Shown: positions 1 to 10,516, numbered from the stretch's first letter. The stretch is DNA of 64,000 nucleotides from a virus (IMGVR_UViG_3300042691_040495:1-64000); one strand, 5' to 3'. Notes: generated by a model from the letters alone, not told the origin. Numbers and translations: made by a program.

Positions 1-2
1 CT

Positions 3-80
3 CCTCCAAACAATACGCCAAATACTACGCCGTCACGTACTCCTCCAAACAATACGCCAAATACTACGCCATCACGTACT
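3..80 (+). repeat. 39-bp tandem repeat x2 encoding PPNNTPNTTPSRT, runs off the window edge
   Basis: cctccaaacaatacgccaaatactacgccRtcacgtact occurs twice. Confidence 0.9.
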
Positions 81-2630
81 CGTCCTAGTACTACGCCACA
101 ATCTACTCCACCAAGTTCTACAATGCCTCCCGGCGGAGGAGGTGGCGGTACTGATCCCGGCGGCGGTGGCGGTACTGATCCCGGCGGCGGTGGCGGTACT
201 GATCCCGGCGGCGGTGGCGGTACTGATCCCGGCGGCGGTGGCGGTACTGATCCCGGCGGCGGTGGCGGTACTGATCGCGGCGGCGGTGGCGGTACTGATC
301 CCGGCGGCGGTGGCGGTACTGATCCCGGCGGCGGTGGCGGTACTGATCCCGGCGGCGGTGGCGGTACTGATCCCGGCGGCGGTGGCGGTACTGATCCCGG
401 CGGCGGTGGCGGTACTGATCCCGGCGGCGGTGGCGGTACTGATCCAACGAAAATTCCTTTTTATCCTCGTTGCAGAGCAACATGGCAATTAGAGGGTGTT
501 GTTGATCCGAGTGTTGCTTGTACTTTTGAAGGTTCAGCATCTGGTATACAAGTTTTTGCCGACTCGGTTCAAGGTTATACTCTATTAATGGCTGAATATA
601 ATGGCAGTCTACCAGAATTCTATGGATCAGGAGAATTTACAGGCATTGGATCATATGGAATATGCAATAATCAACCAGAGACTACAGATATTGTTGCTGC
701 TTTTCAAAATATATATCAAACTGTTAATAGTTGTATAATAGAACACAATAGCGATCCTGATGTCTATGATCCAGTAACAAATCCCACAGGACCAAAATAT
801 AGACAACCTCAACTTAAATATTTTGGTACATATTGGGATGGAACACAATGGATTAATAATATTAATATAAGTCAAATAGGTGGAGCAATATCACAATCAA
901 TTACTAATAATATAGAAGACTTAAAAATTATGAATACATCTGAAAATCAATATATTAATAGTAGTAATTTTAAAATCAATATTAGTAATAATTGTCATAT
1001 AACTAAAACTCCAACAAAAAGTCCGGCCCCAACAAGAACTGTAACACGAACACCGAAAGTAACAAGGACAGTAACAAAATCGTTAACACCCACGCACTCT
1101 GTAACAAAATCACATCCAATAACAAGATCATTAACGCCAACTGTTACATCAACGCCAACTGTTACATTAACACCAACAAGATCAACTACTCCAACACCAA
1201 CCTATATTACAGATATTACAACCACTCCAACCATAACACAAACAATTACTCCGACACCAACAAAAAGCCAACCTATAACTATAGTTGATAATATATTATT
1301 AAATAACAGTTGTTTTTCTTCTAATTGGGCCACATTAATTTACGGAACAGATCAAAATACTACGGTCGGATCATTAAACACTTTTGCGGCTTGGCGTAAT
1401 ATTTATTCTATAGTTGATAATAATTATTCTATAATGGCAGGGGCAGCAACTAATCAATTTGTTAACGGTCCTGATGAATATTTTTATTCTAATGATAATG
1501 TATTTATAGACACAAGAGAAGCACCATCATCAAAGGATATAACCGGTCATTACAAAGTTAGAAATAGAATACTAGCAAATCAAAGTATTGATGGAAGAGA
1601 AAAATTAGTATTAGAATGTTTATCTCCTAATACAATAATAGGTAATTTTGTACAAAAACAACCGAGAATATTTAATACTATGCATATATACAAATCAACT
1701 ATTGGTATAACTGGTAGCTCAACAAAAGCACGATATAGTAATTTATTCGTAGCAGGAAGGAACGCTGGAGCAGATATCTATCTTAGAATAAATACATTAT
1801 TAAATCAGTCAGAACTCTCCCTAGCTGCGCCATATTCCGGAATGCTTCTAAAAAAGATGATTTCAGTAAATGCAACAAATAATGCTGATAATTCTTTAAA
1901 TAGTTATATTTTCTTTTTATATCAAAATCTTCTTTATGTAACCAATTCCAATTTTGATCCTGTAGGATCTTTACAAATACCTAATTCTAGTGCATATGAT
2001 ATGGTATTTTATAATAATAAATTGTATATTAGTGATTTTAATAAGTTACATGAGATAGACTATGGAGGAACAACAGATCCTATTAATAAATATTTTATAT
2101 TTAATATATTAAAATCTATAAATTTTAATCAACCCATTTATAATTTAACATTAAATCATTTAAATGGTAATATATATGCATCAAATACATACTCAGATGG
2201 CGAGTGGGATAGGAGCCATACTATAGTAAATTTATTAGATTATTCACAAACTGCGATAAATATTTCTTCTAGAGGTAAAGGAATATTTAATGTTGGAAAT
2301 AATAAATTATATATAGGTCATGGTAGTGATAATTATATTTCTGTAGTAGATCCAATAACAAATAATGAAATTAATAAAATAGATACTATTGAAACACCAA
2401 CTATTTTAACTATAGATAATAAACAAACATTATATTGTGGTAGTAATAAAATACAAGTTATAGATATATTAGAAGAAAATATTACTAGAACTCAACCTAT
2501 ACCAAGTTTTCAAAGTATTAGTAGTACGAATTTAATAGATATTCATATAGACACAGCATATGGATTTAATGCTCCTCTCGGAAGAGCATTTATCGTAAAA
2601 AATAACAATATAGAAACTGCAATTTTTTAA
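3..2630 (+). CDS. Large low-complexity surface/virion protein, 5' truncated: P/T repeats, (GGGGGTDP)13, Thr/Pro mucin-like tract, C-terminal beta-propeller-like region
   Basis: The frame is open from base 3 (PPNNTPNTTPSRT x2), upstream of the ATG at 123. The C-terminus has YVTN-like blades (LYIGHGSDNYISVVDP). Confidence 0.75.
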   Translation, partial: PPNNTPNTTPSRTPPNNTPNTTPSRTRPSTTPQSTPPSSTMPPGGGGGGTDPGGGGGTDPGGGGGTDPGGGGGTDPGGGGGTDPGGGGGTDRGGGGGTDPGGGGGTDPGGGGGTDPGGGGGTDPGGGGGTDPGGGGGTDPGGGGGTDPTKIPFYPRCRATWQLEGVVDPSVACTFEGSASGIQVFADSVQGYTLLMAEYNGSLPEFYGSGEFTGIGSYGICNNQPETTDIVAAFQNIYQTVNSCIIEHNSDPDVYDPVTNPTGPKYRQPQLKYFGTYWDGTQWINNINISQIGGAISQSITNNIEDLKIMNTSENQYINSSNFKINISNNCHITKTPTKSPAPTRTVTRTPKVTRTVTKSLTPTHSVTKSHPITRSLTPTVTSTPTVTLTPTRSTTPTPTYITDITTTPTITQTITPTPTKSQPITIVDNILLNNSCFSSNWATLIYGTDQNTTVGSLNTFAAWRNIYSIVDNNYSIMAGAATNQFVNGPDEYFYSNDNVFIDTREAPSSKDITGHYKVRNRILANQSIDGREKLVLECLSPNTIIGNFVQKQPRIFNTMHIYKSTIGITGSSTKARYSNLFVAGRNAGADIYLRINTLLNQSELSLAAPYSGMLLKKMISVNATNNADNSLNSYIFFLYQNLLYVTNSNFDPVGSLQIPNSSAYDMVFYNNKLYISDFNKLHEIDYGGTTDPINKYFIFNILKSINFNQPIYNLTLNHLNGNIYASNTYSDGEWDRSHTIVNLLDYSQTAINISSRGKGIFNVGNNKLYIGHGSDNYISVVDPITNNEINKIDTIETPTILTIDNKQTLYCGSNKIQVIDILEENITRTQPIPSFQSISSTNLIDIHIDTAYGFNAPLGRAFIVKNNNIETAIF
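132..446 (+). repeat. 24-bp coding tandem repeat x13 (GGGGGTDP)
   Basis: The unit ggcggcggtggcggtactgatccc is 75% GC. Copies are near-identical; one has ccc>cgc. Confidence 0.98.
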
Positions 2631-2645
2631 ATTAGAAATAATATT

Positions 2646-3596
2646 ATGAATGATAATACTAATATAAATATAGATGCTAATTGCGATATTACAAGAACAC
2701 CAGAAAAAAGTCCTACACCTACGCGAACAGTAACTCGAACCCCAAAAATAACACGAACAGTAACAAAGTCATTAACGCCTACTCATACAATAACAAGATC
2801 ATCAACGCCAACAATTACTCCTACTAGAACAGTTACTCCCACAAGAACAGTTACAAGAACCGTAACTATTACACCAACCAGAACAATTACGCCGACACCA
2901 ACCATAACCCCTACAACAACCGTAACTCCTAGTATCACATTAACTCAAACTACTACAACTACACCAACAAATACTATTAGTCCTACTATAACGGTAACAC
3001 CAACACGCACAATAGCACCAACTCCAACTGCTTCTACTGTAAATAATTTCATTTTTGACTCTGATTACATCGCAATAACCTATCAATTTTTTGATGGTAA
3101 AGATTTAGATACTGCTACTAATTTAGCATATCCTAGATCACAAAATACATGTAATTATGTTGGATATTCATATAGTAATTTTATTGGAAATTCATCTAAT
3201 AAAATATTAACATGGTCTGGAGATAATACTGGCGCTAGCGGTTTTGAATCTGTTCTATTTGATGTTAATGCTTTTAAATATTTTTATTCTAATATTAATG
3301 AATTTGTTATAGATTGTAGATCGCATTGGTTTGGTACAACAGGATCTAATGCCGTTAGATTAGGAGTAGTATTATACAAAGGAGGGACAGTATCGCCAAC
3401 TCTTAATAACTATCAATTTGTAATTAATAATTATACTAATACATATTCATTTAGTACAAAATCTACTTTAATAACAGCTAGGTATAATAGTACTGATAAA
3501 AATCCTCAAAGAGTTGCAACATTCAAATATAATTTAATAACCAAAGAAGGACTAATAGATAATAACGATGTAATAACTGCTGTTGGATGCTATTAA
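2646..3596 (+). CDS. Thr/Pro-rich mucin-like protein with C-terminal globular domain
   Basis: About 120 aa of TPTRT repeats, then a DLDT...WSGDNTGASGFESV domain. Confidence 0.75.
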   Translation: MNDNTNINIDANCDITRTPEKSPTPTRTVTRTPKITRTVTKSLTPTHTITRSSTPTITPTRTVTPTRTVTRTVTITPTRTITPTPTITPTTTVTPSITLTQTTTTTPTNTISPTITVTPTRTIAPTPTASTVNNFIFDSDYIAITYQFFDGKDLDTATNLAYPRSQNTCNYVGYSYSNFIGNSSNKILTWSGDNTGASGFESVLFDVNAFKYFYSNINEFVIDCRSHWFGTTGSNAVRLGVVLYKGGTVSPTLNNYQFVINNYTNTYSFSTKSTLITARYNSTDKNPQRVATFKYNLITKEGLIDNNDVITAVGCY

Positions 3597-3599
3597 AAT

Positions 3600-3980
3600 A
3601 TGTTTAATTTTTATTCTACTAGATCATCAGAATGGAATAATGTTAGAAAACAACATCTTAAAAAAAATAATAGTTGCTGTGGATGCGGTAAAAAAGAAAA
3701 ACTAGAAGTTCATCATATTGAACCATATCATGTGAATCCTGATAGAGAATTAGATCCATCAAATTTAATAACATTATGTAAAAGTTGTCATTTTACTATT
3801 GGTCACTTAATGGATTGGAGCAGTTGGAATATTGACGTTATTAATGATTCTGGGGTGTATTTAAATAAGGTGAAAAATAGACCTTATCAAATAAAGGTTC
3901 AAAGCAATGAAAACTCTCATTTATTTGCTCGTTGCTTGCATAGGATATTCAATATGTTTAGCAGGAACGCGAGACCCTAA
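3600..3980 (+). CDS. HNH endonuclease
   Basis: CCGC...EVHHI...NLITLCKSCH. Confidence 0.9.
   Translation: MFNFYSTRSSEWNNVRKQHLKKNNSCCGCGKKEKLEVHHIEPYHVNPDRELDPSNLITLCKSCHFTIGHLMDWSSWNIDVINDSGVYLNKVKNRPYQIKVQSNENSHLFARCLHRIFNMFSRNARP
3854..3867 (+). promoter_or_regulatory. GGTGTAT motif (candidate phage promoter)
   Basis: ggtgtatttaaata, 47 nt before ATG 3907. Confidence 0.5.
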
Positions 3981-4653
3981 TATCAGTGATAAAAGTTATA
4001 TAGACTACGGATCCAAGTTTAAATGTGTTGTTCCACTGTGCGGAAAAGAGGACGATGGAGGCCCGTATTGTGCATCTGGCGTCGTTATTAAACCTAATTG
4101 GATTTTGACTGCTGCTCATGTGATTAAAAGAGCAAAAACGTGCAAAATCACCATTAATGATAAAGAAATACAAACTTCTGTATTTATTCCTCATAAAGAT
4201 TTTGAATCTAATAATTTTGGGTATTATGATATTGGTTTAATTTATTCTGATGAAAATATAGAATTAGATTTTTATCCTGAATTATATAAAGAAAATAATG
4301 AAGTGGGAAAAATTTGTGCATTATCTGGATATGGTATAACAGGAACTTTTGGAACAGGAGCCAAGATAGGAGATCATATTAAAAGAGCAGGATCTAATAG
4401 AATATCAGGAACAGATAGACATTTACTCATATGTGATCTAAAAGATCCTAATACTGTATTAGAATTTTTAATAGCAAGTGGAGATAGTGGTGGTGGTTTA
4501 TTTATAGATAAAAAATTAGCTGGTATAAATTCTTGTGTATTAGCTGTAGATGATCATCCAGATTCAACATACGGAGATGAAAGTGGCCATACTAGAATTA
4601 GTCAACATTTATCATGGATAGAAAGTACAATAAATGAGAATGAAAAAAAATAA
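3907..4653 (+). CDS. Trypsin-like (S1) serine protease with signal peptide
   Basis: Triad motifs LTAAHV, YDIG, GDSGGG; hydrophobic N-terminus. Confidence 0.92.
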   Translation: MKTLIYLLVACIGYSICLAGTRDPNISDKSYIDYGSKFKCVVPLCGKEDDGGPYCASGVVIKPNWILTAAHVIKRAKTCKITINDKEIQTSVFIPHKDFESNNFGYYDIGLIYSDENIELDFYPELYKENNEVGKICALSGYGITGTFGTGAKIGDHIKRAGSNRISGTDRHLLICDLKDPNTVLEFLIASGDSGGGLFIDKKLAGINSCVLAVDDHPDSTYGDESGHTRISQHLSWIESTINENEKK

Positions 4654-5560
4654 AGTTAGTCTTTTACCATATATTTCAGAAGAATTACACGGACTATCTG
4701 CTGATGGGCCGCAAGAATATGGTTGGGAATTAATTAAATTTAATATTCAGTCAATATGGAGTCAAGCAGAAGGGGACGGAGTAGTCGTGGCGGTTATTGA
4801 TACAGGTTGTGATCTTGACCACCCTGATTTGAAAGAAAATTTATTAGATGGTAAAAACTTCATAAATACTAGCAAAGCACCAGAGGATGATAATGGCCAT
4901 GGAAGCCATGTATCTTCTACAATAGCGGCACTAAACAATGGAACAGGTATGGTGGGAATAGCACCAAAAACAAAAATATTACCCGTCAAAGCATTAAATG
5001 CTGAAGGTAGCGGATCAATAGATGTAATTTCAAAAGCGGTTGTTTGGGCGGCTGATCAGGGTGTGGATTTTATTACAATGAGTTTAGGTTCACCAAATGG
5101 AGTAAGTTGCTTAGACGATGCTATAGGATACGCGAATAGTAAAGGATGTGTGGTATTTTGTGCCGCTGGAAATAGTGGAGAAAATGTCGATATCATGTAT
5201 CCTGCTAAATACGAACAAACAATAAGTATTGGAGCTATTGATGAAAATTTAGACAGAACCAGCTTTACTTGCAGTGGTGAATCGCTAGACTTTTTGGCTC
5301 CCGGACATAATATTTTAGGATGTATTCCTGGTGGAAGATATGCTCTAATGAGCGGAACAAGTATGAGCAATCCATTTGCGGTTGGTTGTGCTTCTTTGTT
5401 ATTAAGCTATAATAAAAAATACAAAAAATATCAATTAGAAAATTATAACGGATATATTGATACTTTTAAAACGTCATGTTTAGATTTAAATAATCCTAGA
5501 TACAAAGGTATTAAAAAATATCAAGGATATGGAATATTAAATCCATCTAAATTATTTTAG
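4634..5560 (+). CDS. Subtilisin-like (S8) serine protease
   Basis: VIDTG, NGHGSHV, AAGN, SGTSMS motifs. Confidence 0.96.
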   Translation: MRMKKNKVSLLPYISEELHGLSADGPQEYGWELIKFNIQSIWSQAEGDGVVVAVIDTGCDLDHPDLKENLLDGKNFINTSKAPEDDNGHGSHVSSTIAALNNGTGMVGIAPKTKILPVKALNAEGSGSIDVISKAVVWAADQGVDFITMSLGSPNGVSCLDDAIGYANSKGCVVFCAAGNSGENVDIMYPAKYEQTISIGAIDENLDRTSFTCSGESLDFLAPGHNILGCIPGGRYALMSGTSMSNPFAVGCASLLLSYNKKYKKYQLENYNGYIDTFKTSCLDLNNPRYKGIKKYQGYGILNPSKLF

Positions 5561-5913
5561 TATTTTATATTTTGTCTATGTAAATAATGTAATTTATAAT
5601 TTGGATTATAATAATAGGGTTTATTAGAATTATATAATCTTCTACGGTTTTGTTGCTCCATTCTTAGTCTTTCTTGATGAGCCTGCAACTCAGAATCTAT
5701 CTGATCATGGTAGTCGTCCGAAATCCTGGCCCTTCTTTCTGTATCTGCTAAAGAACCAGGATCGGAAAATGCCTGTGGTCCTTTAGTCGAATAGTAAAAA
5801 AAACTTGATAAACTATCATTCAACATTTCATTTTCTGGATTGTTCCAGTGTTGAGCATTACAATTTATTGACATTATCATATAAACAAATATAAAAACTA
5901 TTCTATTTAACAT
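5557..5913 (-). CDS. Small secreted hypothetical protein
   Basis: Likely start MLNRIVFIF at 5913, after GGAGA; signal-peptide-like N-terminus. Confidence 0.6.
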   Translation of the reverse strand: MLNRIVFIFVYMIMSINCNAQHWNNPENEMLNDSLSSFFYYSTKGPQAFSDPGSLADTERRARISDDYHDQIDSELQAHQERLRMEQQNRRRLYNSNKPYYYNPNYKLHYLHRQNIKY

Positions 5914-5955
5914 AATTCTATCTCCTTGTGTTTCCATTGCTTTATCATAACATGC

Positions 5956-5969
5956 GGTGTATAAATAAT
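5956..5969 (+). promoter_or_regulatory. GGTGTAT motif (candidate phage promoter)
   Basis: ggtgtataaataat, 47 nt before ATG 6009. Confidence 0.6.
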
Positions 5970-6008
5970 CAATATGGTACTATAATCACAAATTTTAAAA
6001 TATTTTTT

Positions 6009-6692
6009 ATGAATCAACTATTAGTACTGAGTGCAAGCGTAAATTATTTAGACTATTTATCTTTTACATATTCTTTAAATAAAGATTTATTTAAGAAATA
6101 TAATTTAAATTATGTTATAGTTACAGACTATAAAGATAATGAAACATATAATTTTTGTATTAGTAATAGTATAAATTGTTATAGGACGGATGCTTTTTAT
6201 CATTTTAACGGGAAAGATGCAACATTTAATAGAGCAGGAGCGCTAAACGAGTTTTTAAAAATAAATACAGCATATTCTTCTAGTTGGATTCTTTTATTAG
6301 ATTCCGATATTATATTAAATGAAGAAATTATAGATAGTTTTTTAAAGACTAATCAAGCCAATATATTCTATGGTTGTGGAAGAGAATTTTATTTAAGTTA
6401 TGAAAATTATCAAAAAAATAAACATTCTGGTATAGAGCAATGTAAGCATTTGGGTTTTTTTCAATTATTTAATATAGAATATTTAAAGAAAAAATACGAA
6501 GAACTTAAATTAATTAATTATGATTATAATAATAATATAATTATATCAAATTATAATGTTTCGGCACAAGATGGCTTATTCGCCAATTTATTTCCAAATA
6601 AACAAAGTCTTGGATATGTTAAGCATATAGGCCCACCATACAAAAATTGGGATGGAAGAATAACAGAACAATGGAATATTAATCAATATTAA
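6009..6692 (+). CDS. GT-A fold glycosyltransferase (GT2-like)
   Basis: FNRAGALN and WILLLDSDI (DxD); likely ATG at 6009. Confidence 0.75.
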   Translation: MNQLLVLSASVNYLDYLSFTYSLNKDLFKKYNLNYVIVTDYKDNETYNFCISNSINCYRTDAFYHFNGKDATFNRAGALNEFLKINTAYSSSWILLLDSDIILNEEIIDSFLKTNQANIFYGCGREFYLSYENYQKNKHSGIEQCKHLGFFQLFNIEYLKKKYEELKLINYDYNNNIIISNYNVSAQDGLFANLFPNKQSLGYVKHIGPPYKNWDGRITEQWNINQY

Positions 6693-6695
6693 GTA

Positions 6696-7274
6696 TTATT
6701 TTTTTTCAAAAATCATTAATGTATCTTTAAACCAAGATAGGCTAACATTATTTCTTAATATTTGTGATTCTGTCTTATTAAAAACATAATTTCTTAAAGC
6801 TATTTCTGATATAATATAGTCATTTGTTTGACAGTTTACATGTCCTTGACCTCCTTGCCCCGGTATTGCCCAACTAAGCACTATTATAGTAGAAGCGTGT
6901 CTAGTAATATTATCAAGAAATATTTTTTCATATATTACAGGTATGTGTTCGCCAACTTCCAGACTCATTACTACATCAAAAGTTTTTTGCAAATCCATGG
7001 GTGTAGATAAATCATAAACATTACATAATCCGTCTGTAATGATATTTGTTTCTGGATTTCCATCATAACATTCACAGAACATTGAATTATTCACTATGGT
7101 CTTACAATAATCTCCTGCCCCACATCCTAGATCTAAAACTGTTGAAACACCACGACTGCGAAAAAAACTAATTAACCCTATTGCTAGTAGAGGATCGTGC
7201 CAATGTTCATTAATAACATTCCCTTCCCAGAAACCTGTTTTATTTATAGAAAAGTTCATTTTTATAATTCCCAA
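6696..7274 (-). CDS. Class I SAM-dependent methyltransferase
   Basis: VLDLGCGAG, SLEVGEHI, GQGGQGHVN. Confidence 0.9.
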   Translation of the reverse strand: MGIIKMNFSINKTGFWEGNVINEHWHDPLLAIGLISFFRSRGVSTVLDLGCGAGDYCKTIVNNSMFCECYDGNPETNIITDGLCNVYDLSTPMDLQKTFDVVMSLEVGEHIPVIYEKIFLDNITRHASTIIVLSWAIPGQGGQGHVNCQTNDYIISEIALRNYVFNKTESQILRNNVSLSWFKDTLMIFEKK

Positions 7275-8239
7275 TTATTTAATTGTAATAGATCACAAGT
7301 ATGTTGTATTCCATTATTTCCATCAATATATTTAATATAGTATTCCCTAGCATTATTACTAATAAATTGTAAAAAATCTTTATCATCTTTAATTTGTACA
7401 AATTTTTCTTCTATCATTTTTGCATGATCTTTATTTGCATAATGTTCTTGTTTATTTTCTAATGGTGGACCAGCAGAAATATAATGAAAATTTGGTATGA
7501 GATTAGGACTCATTTCATTGGTATATTCAAATCGTAACATAGGAACACCCATAGCCATATACTCTATATCTCTATAGCATATCTGGGCAGATCCGGCACA
7601 AGAAAATCCAACTTTATAATTAATTAGTTCATTAGCATAGTTATCAAAATTTCCAATAGAATTGCCTCCATAGAATAAATCAGTATTGAAAAATTTTATC
7701 ATTGGTCTATGTTCCAGACCTGTACCTCTAAAATAGAATTTATCAATAAATAATGATATTTTTTTACGTTGATTATATAGAGCATTTAAATCATATAAAT
7801 TAGATGGAAAATATATCCAAGGACTATAAATATTATCTATATTTTTATCATAGCAGTGATGTAGTATATCCTTACGATTAAATTGAGATACTAGTATTTT
7901 ACTTATATATGGTTTTGCTATTTCATTATTGAATAAACCAAGATTAATATCACTAAAATAATCACTAGTGGATAGTATTTTTATTTCTTTAGAGTCATAG
8001 TTTTCTAAGATCATCTCGCACTCAAGCATTATAGTAGAGTACATCACATTTTCGTTATCATTATCATATAAAAGTTTAACAGGATATCTTTCTTTATGAG
8101 CATTTATAAAATATCTATTTTCAATAATATCAAATTTATTTTTAAGATTTAATACAAAGTTATCAAAAAAGATATTATAATACCTATATTTTTTTGTTAC
8201 AAAATTAGTTGGATTATGTACTATTATTCTTGGTTTCAT
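7262..8239 (-). CDS. Putative GT-B glycosyltransferase
   Basis: The C-terminal FYFRG...YRDIEYMAMGVP...PNFHYI...ISNNAREYY pattern resembles GT-B donor-binding domains. Confidence 0.6.
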   Translation of the reverse strand: MKPRIIVHNPTNFVTKKYRYYNIFFDNFVLNLKNKFDIIENRYFINAHKERYPVKLLYDNDNENVMYSTIMLECEMILENYDSKEIKILSTSDYFSDINLGLFNNEIAKPYISKILVSQFNRKDILHHCYDKNIDNIYSPWIYFPSNLYDLNALYNQRKKISLFIDKFYFRGTGLEHRPMIKFFNTDLFYGGNSIGNFDNYANELINYKVGFSCAGSAQICYRDIEYMAMGVPMLRFEYTNEMSPNLIPNFHYISAGPPLENKQEHYANKDHAKMIEEKFVQIKDDKDFLQFISNNAREYYIKYIDGNNGIQHTCDLLQLNNWEL

Positions 8240-9813
8240 AGTTTATGAATAATAAATTTATCAGTAAAAATATTATCTAATCCAGAATTATCTAACATAT
8301 AAATTGCGTCTTTATATGTATTTATGAGTGGTTTTCCATTAACATTAAATGACGTATTAAGTAAAACTGCTATACCAGATTGTTTTTCAAATTCTGTTAA
8401 TAGATCATATATGAAAGCATTCTGATCTCTGGTAACAGTTTGTAATCTGGCTGTTCCATCAATGTGAGTAATTGATACTAGTTGATCTTTATATTCTGGT
8501 CTGACTTTAGCATAGTAGCTCATAAATCTACTTTCTCCTTCAAACTCAAAATACTTATTAGCATCTTCTAGTTTAACTATTGGGGCAAATGGTCTGAACC
8601 ACTCCCTCTTTTTTACCTTATCATTTAAAATATCTTTCATATTAGGAATAGAGGGATTACATAAAATGCTTCTATTACCCAATGCTCTAGGTCCATGCTC
8701 AGAATTACCCTGTATCAAACCAACTATATTACCATTAGTTAATAGTTTCGCAGCTTTTTCGTGGCTGTATTTTGAAGAATGTCTGATTTCTATTATTTCA
8801 TAAAGATTATAAGGATCTAAAACTGGCAATCCACCATATGTTACATCAACTTGATCTCTCGGTTTCTCATGATCTAGCAACATTCCAAGAGCTAATCCAC
8901 AATCATTAGAATTTGGTGCAACAAATGTTGGCCTATTAAATAGTTCTTTAACTTTGGTATTACATACGACATTAAGAGCGCATCCACCAGTTAAACATAT
9001 TGGCATATCTGGATATTCATTAACAACTGGAGTTATTAATTCAAAAAATACTTCTTCAAATGCTGCCTGAGACGTAGCAGCTATATCTAGAGCTATTTGA
9101 CCATCTAATCTATTATCTGTTGTAAAAATAACTCCAATATTAGATCCTACTATAGTATTAATTTTAGATAGGTAATCTCCACCATCAGGTTTGCTATAGT
9201 AATATTCTTTAAAATATGGTAGCCATTCACTATTAGTTTTACCATATCCACATAATCCCATAAGTTTTCCAGAGTATACCAGATTGCCCATTCCTAATTC
9301 TGATTCAAATTTTATAGGAGATAAAAAATGACCAAAAGACATATATGCAAATCCAAAATCAATTTCAACACGTTTAATATTTTTTACACTATTTTCTCTA
9401 GTAGCATGAAATATATTAAAGAATCCGTCGCTACCACCACCATCATAACTAATAACCAAAGACTCTGGAAAAGGAGACTGATAAAATGTACCAGCAGCAT
9501 GAGCATGGTGATGCAAACAAGGTACTCTTTCTTTTGCATTTATAAATTTCTCATAATGTAAATACTCATCCCCATATACTACATCGGTATTGGAGTATAT
9601 TACAGTATCAAAATTTAAATCTATGTTAAAATGAGTACTAATATAATTTAACATTTCTTGCAGAATAAATTTATTATGATGACATAATAGATATTGAGTT
9701 AATCCATAATTTTTTCTATTAATAAATCTTTCTATTTCAATTACTCTATAGTTAGAACCATCTCTAAAAGCTATTCCACCATTATGGGATCCGTATATAG
9801 CAATATTATTCAT
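8236..9813 (-). CDS. O-carbamoyltransferase (NodU/CmcH/TobZ family)
   Basis: HHHAHAA, DGGG, GKLMGL, GGCALN, GPRALGNRS, RPFAP, HIDGTARLQTV, NTSFN. Confidence 0.95.
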   Translation of the reverse strand: MNNIAIYGSHNGGIAFRDGSNYRVIEIERFINRKNYGLTQYLLCHHNKFILQEMLNYISTHFNIDLNFDTVIYSNTDVVYGDEYLHYEKFINAKERVPCLHHHAHAAGTFYQSPFPESLVISYDGGGSDGFFNIFHATRENSVKNIKRVEIDFGFAYMSFGHFLSPIKFESELGMGNLVYSGKLMGLCGYGKTNSEWLPYFKEYYYSKPDGGDYLSKINTIVGSNIGVIFTTDNRLDGQIALDIAATSQAAFEEVFFELITPVVNEYPDMPICLTGGCALNVVCNTKVKELFNRPTFVAPNSNDCGLALGMLLDHEKPRDQVDVTYGGLPVLDPYNLYEIIEIRHSSKYSHEKAAKLLTNGNIVGLIQGNSEHGPRALGNRSILCNPSIPNMKDILNDKVKKREWFRPFAPIVKLEDANKYFEFEGESRFMSYYAKVRPEYKDQLVSITHIDGTARLQTVTRDQNAFIYDLLTEFEKQSGIAVLLNTSFNVNGKPLINTYKDAIYMLDNSGLDNIFTDKFIIHKL

Positions 9814-10513
9814 TTGTATTGGGTACTAATAGCCCATCTCCACGCATTTCTAAAATATTAATATGTTTATAATTGTATTTATTAGAATAGTCATCAATAA
9901 TAGTTTGAATAAACTCTGCAGTATGACCACCAGCAGAATAATTAATTTCAAATTCAATAATAGGTTTATATAATAGATTATCCATTATAGATAGTATATC
10001 TTTTAAAATTAATGTATCACTATTTTCAGTATCAATTTTAATAAAACTTTTTTTATTTAAAAGTCCATTATTGTTAAAAAAATCTGATATCTTTGCGGTT
10101 TCTCTCTGATTCGTATTTTTATAATGGTTCGTTTTTGATAATCCAAAATTAATATATTCATTATTGTTTAATATTTGTTCGTCAATATATTCATCATCAA
10201 AATTAATATTGATAATTTTATCTAAAATAATATCATTATATACTGATACAGTATGGTCATTTTCATATTTATTCTTCATATAAGAATATAGTTTTGTATT
10301 ACCTTCAAACAAATAAGCTTTTTCAATATTAAGAATTGATTTTTCTTTAATTAAATCATAGACCTTACCAACATTGGCACCGATATCTATATAAATAGTA
10401 GGATCGTGTTTATAATACGATTGTAAAATATTAGATATGCCACATAAAAATGGCTCAACGTGCTGTGAGCAATGATGATCATCCCATCGTTTTATATAAT
10501 AATTATAATCCAT
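9806..10513 (-). CDS. FkbM-family methyltransferase
   Basis: IDIGANVG, LFEG, IKIDTE. Confidence 0.85.
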   Translation of the reverse strand: MDYNYYIKRWDDHHCSQHVEPFLCGISNILQSYYKHDPTIYIDIGANVGKVYDLIKEKSILNIEKAYLFEGNTKLYSYMKNKYENDHTVSVYNDIILDKIININFDDEYIDEQILNNNEYINFGLSKTNHYKNTNQRETAKISDFFNNNGLLNKKSFIKIDTENSDTLILKDILSIMDNLLYKPIIEFEINYSAGGHTAEFIQTIIDDYSNKYNYKHINILEMRGDGLLVPNTNE

Positions 10514-10516
10514 GAT

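Noticed and set aside
132-446. CRISPR-like array
   Set aside because: The units are contiguous with no spacers and are in frame within a CDS.
72-540. ORFs 72..488, 118..540 and 142..492
   Set aside because: They are shadow frames of the stop-free 24-bp repeat.
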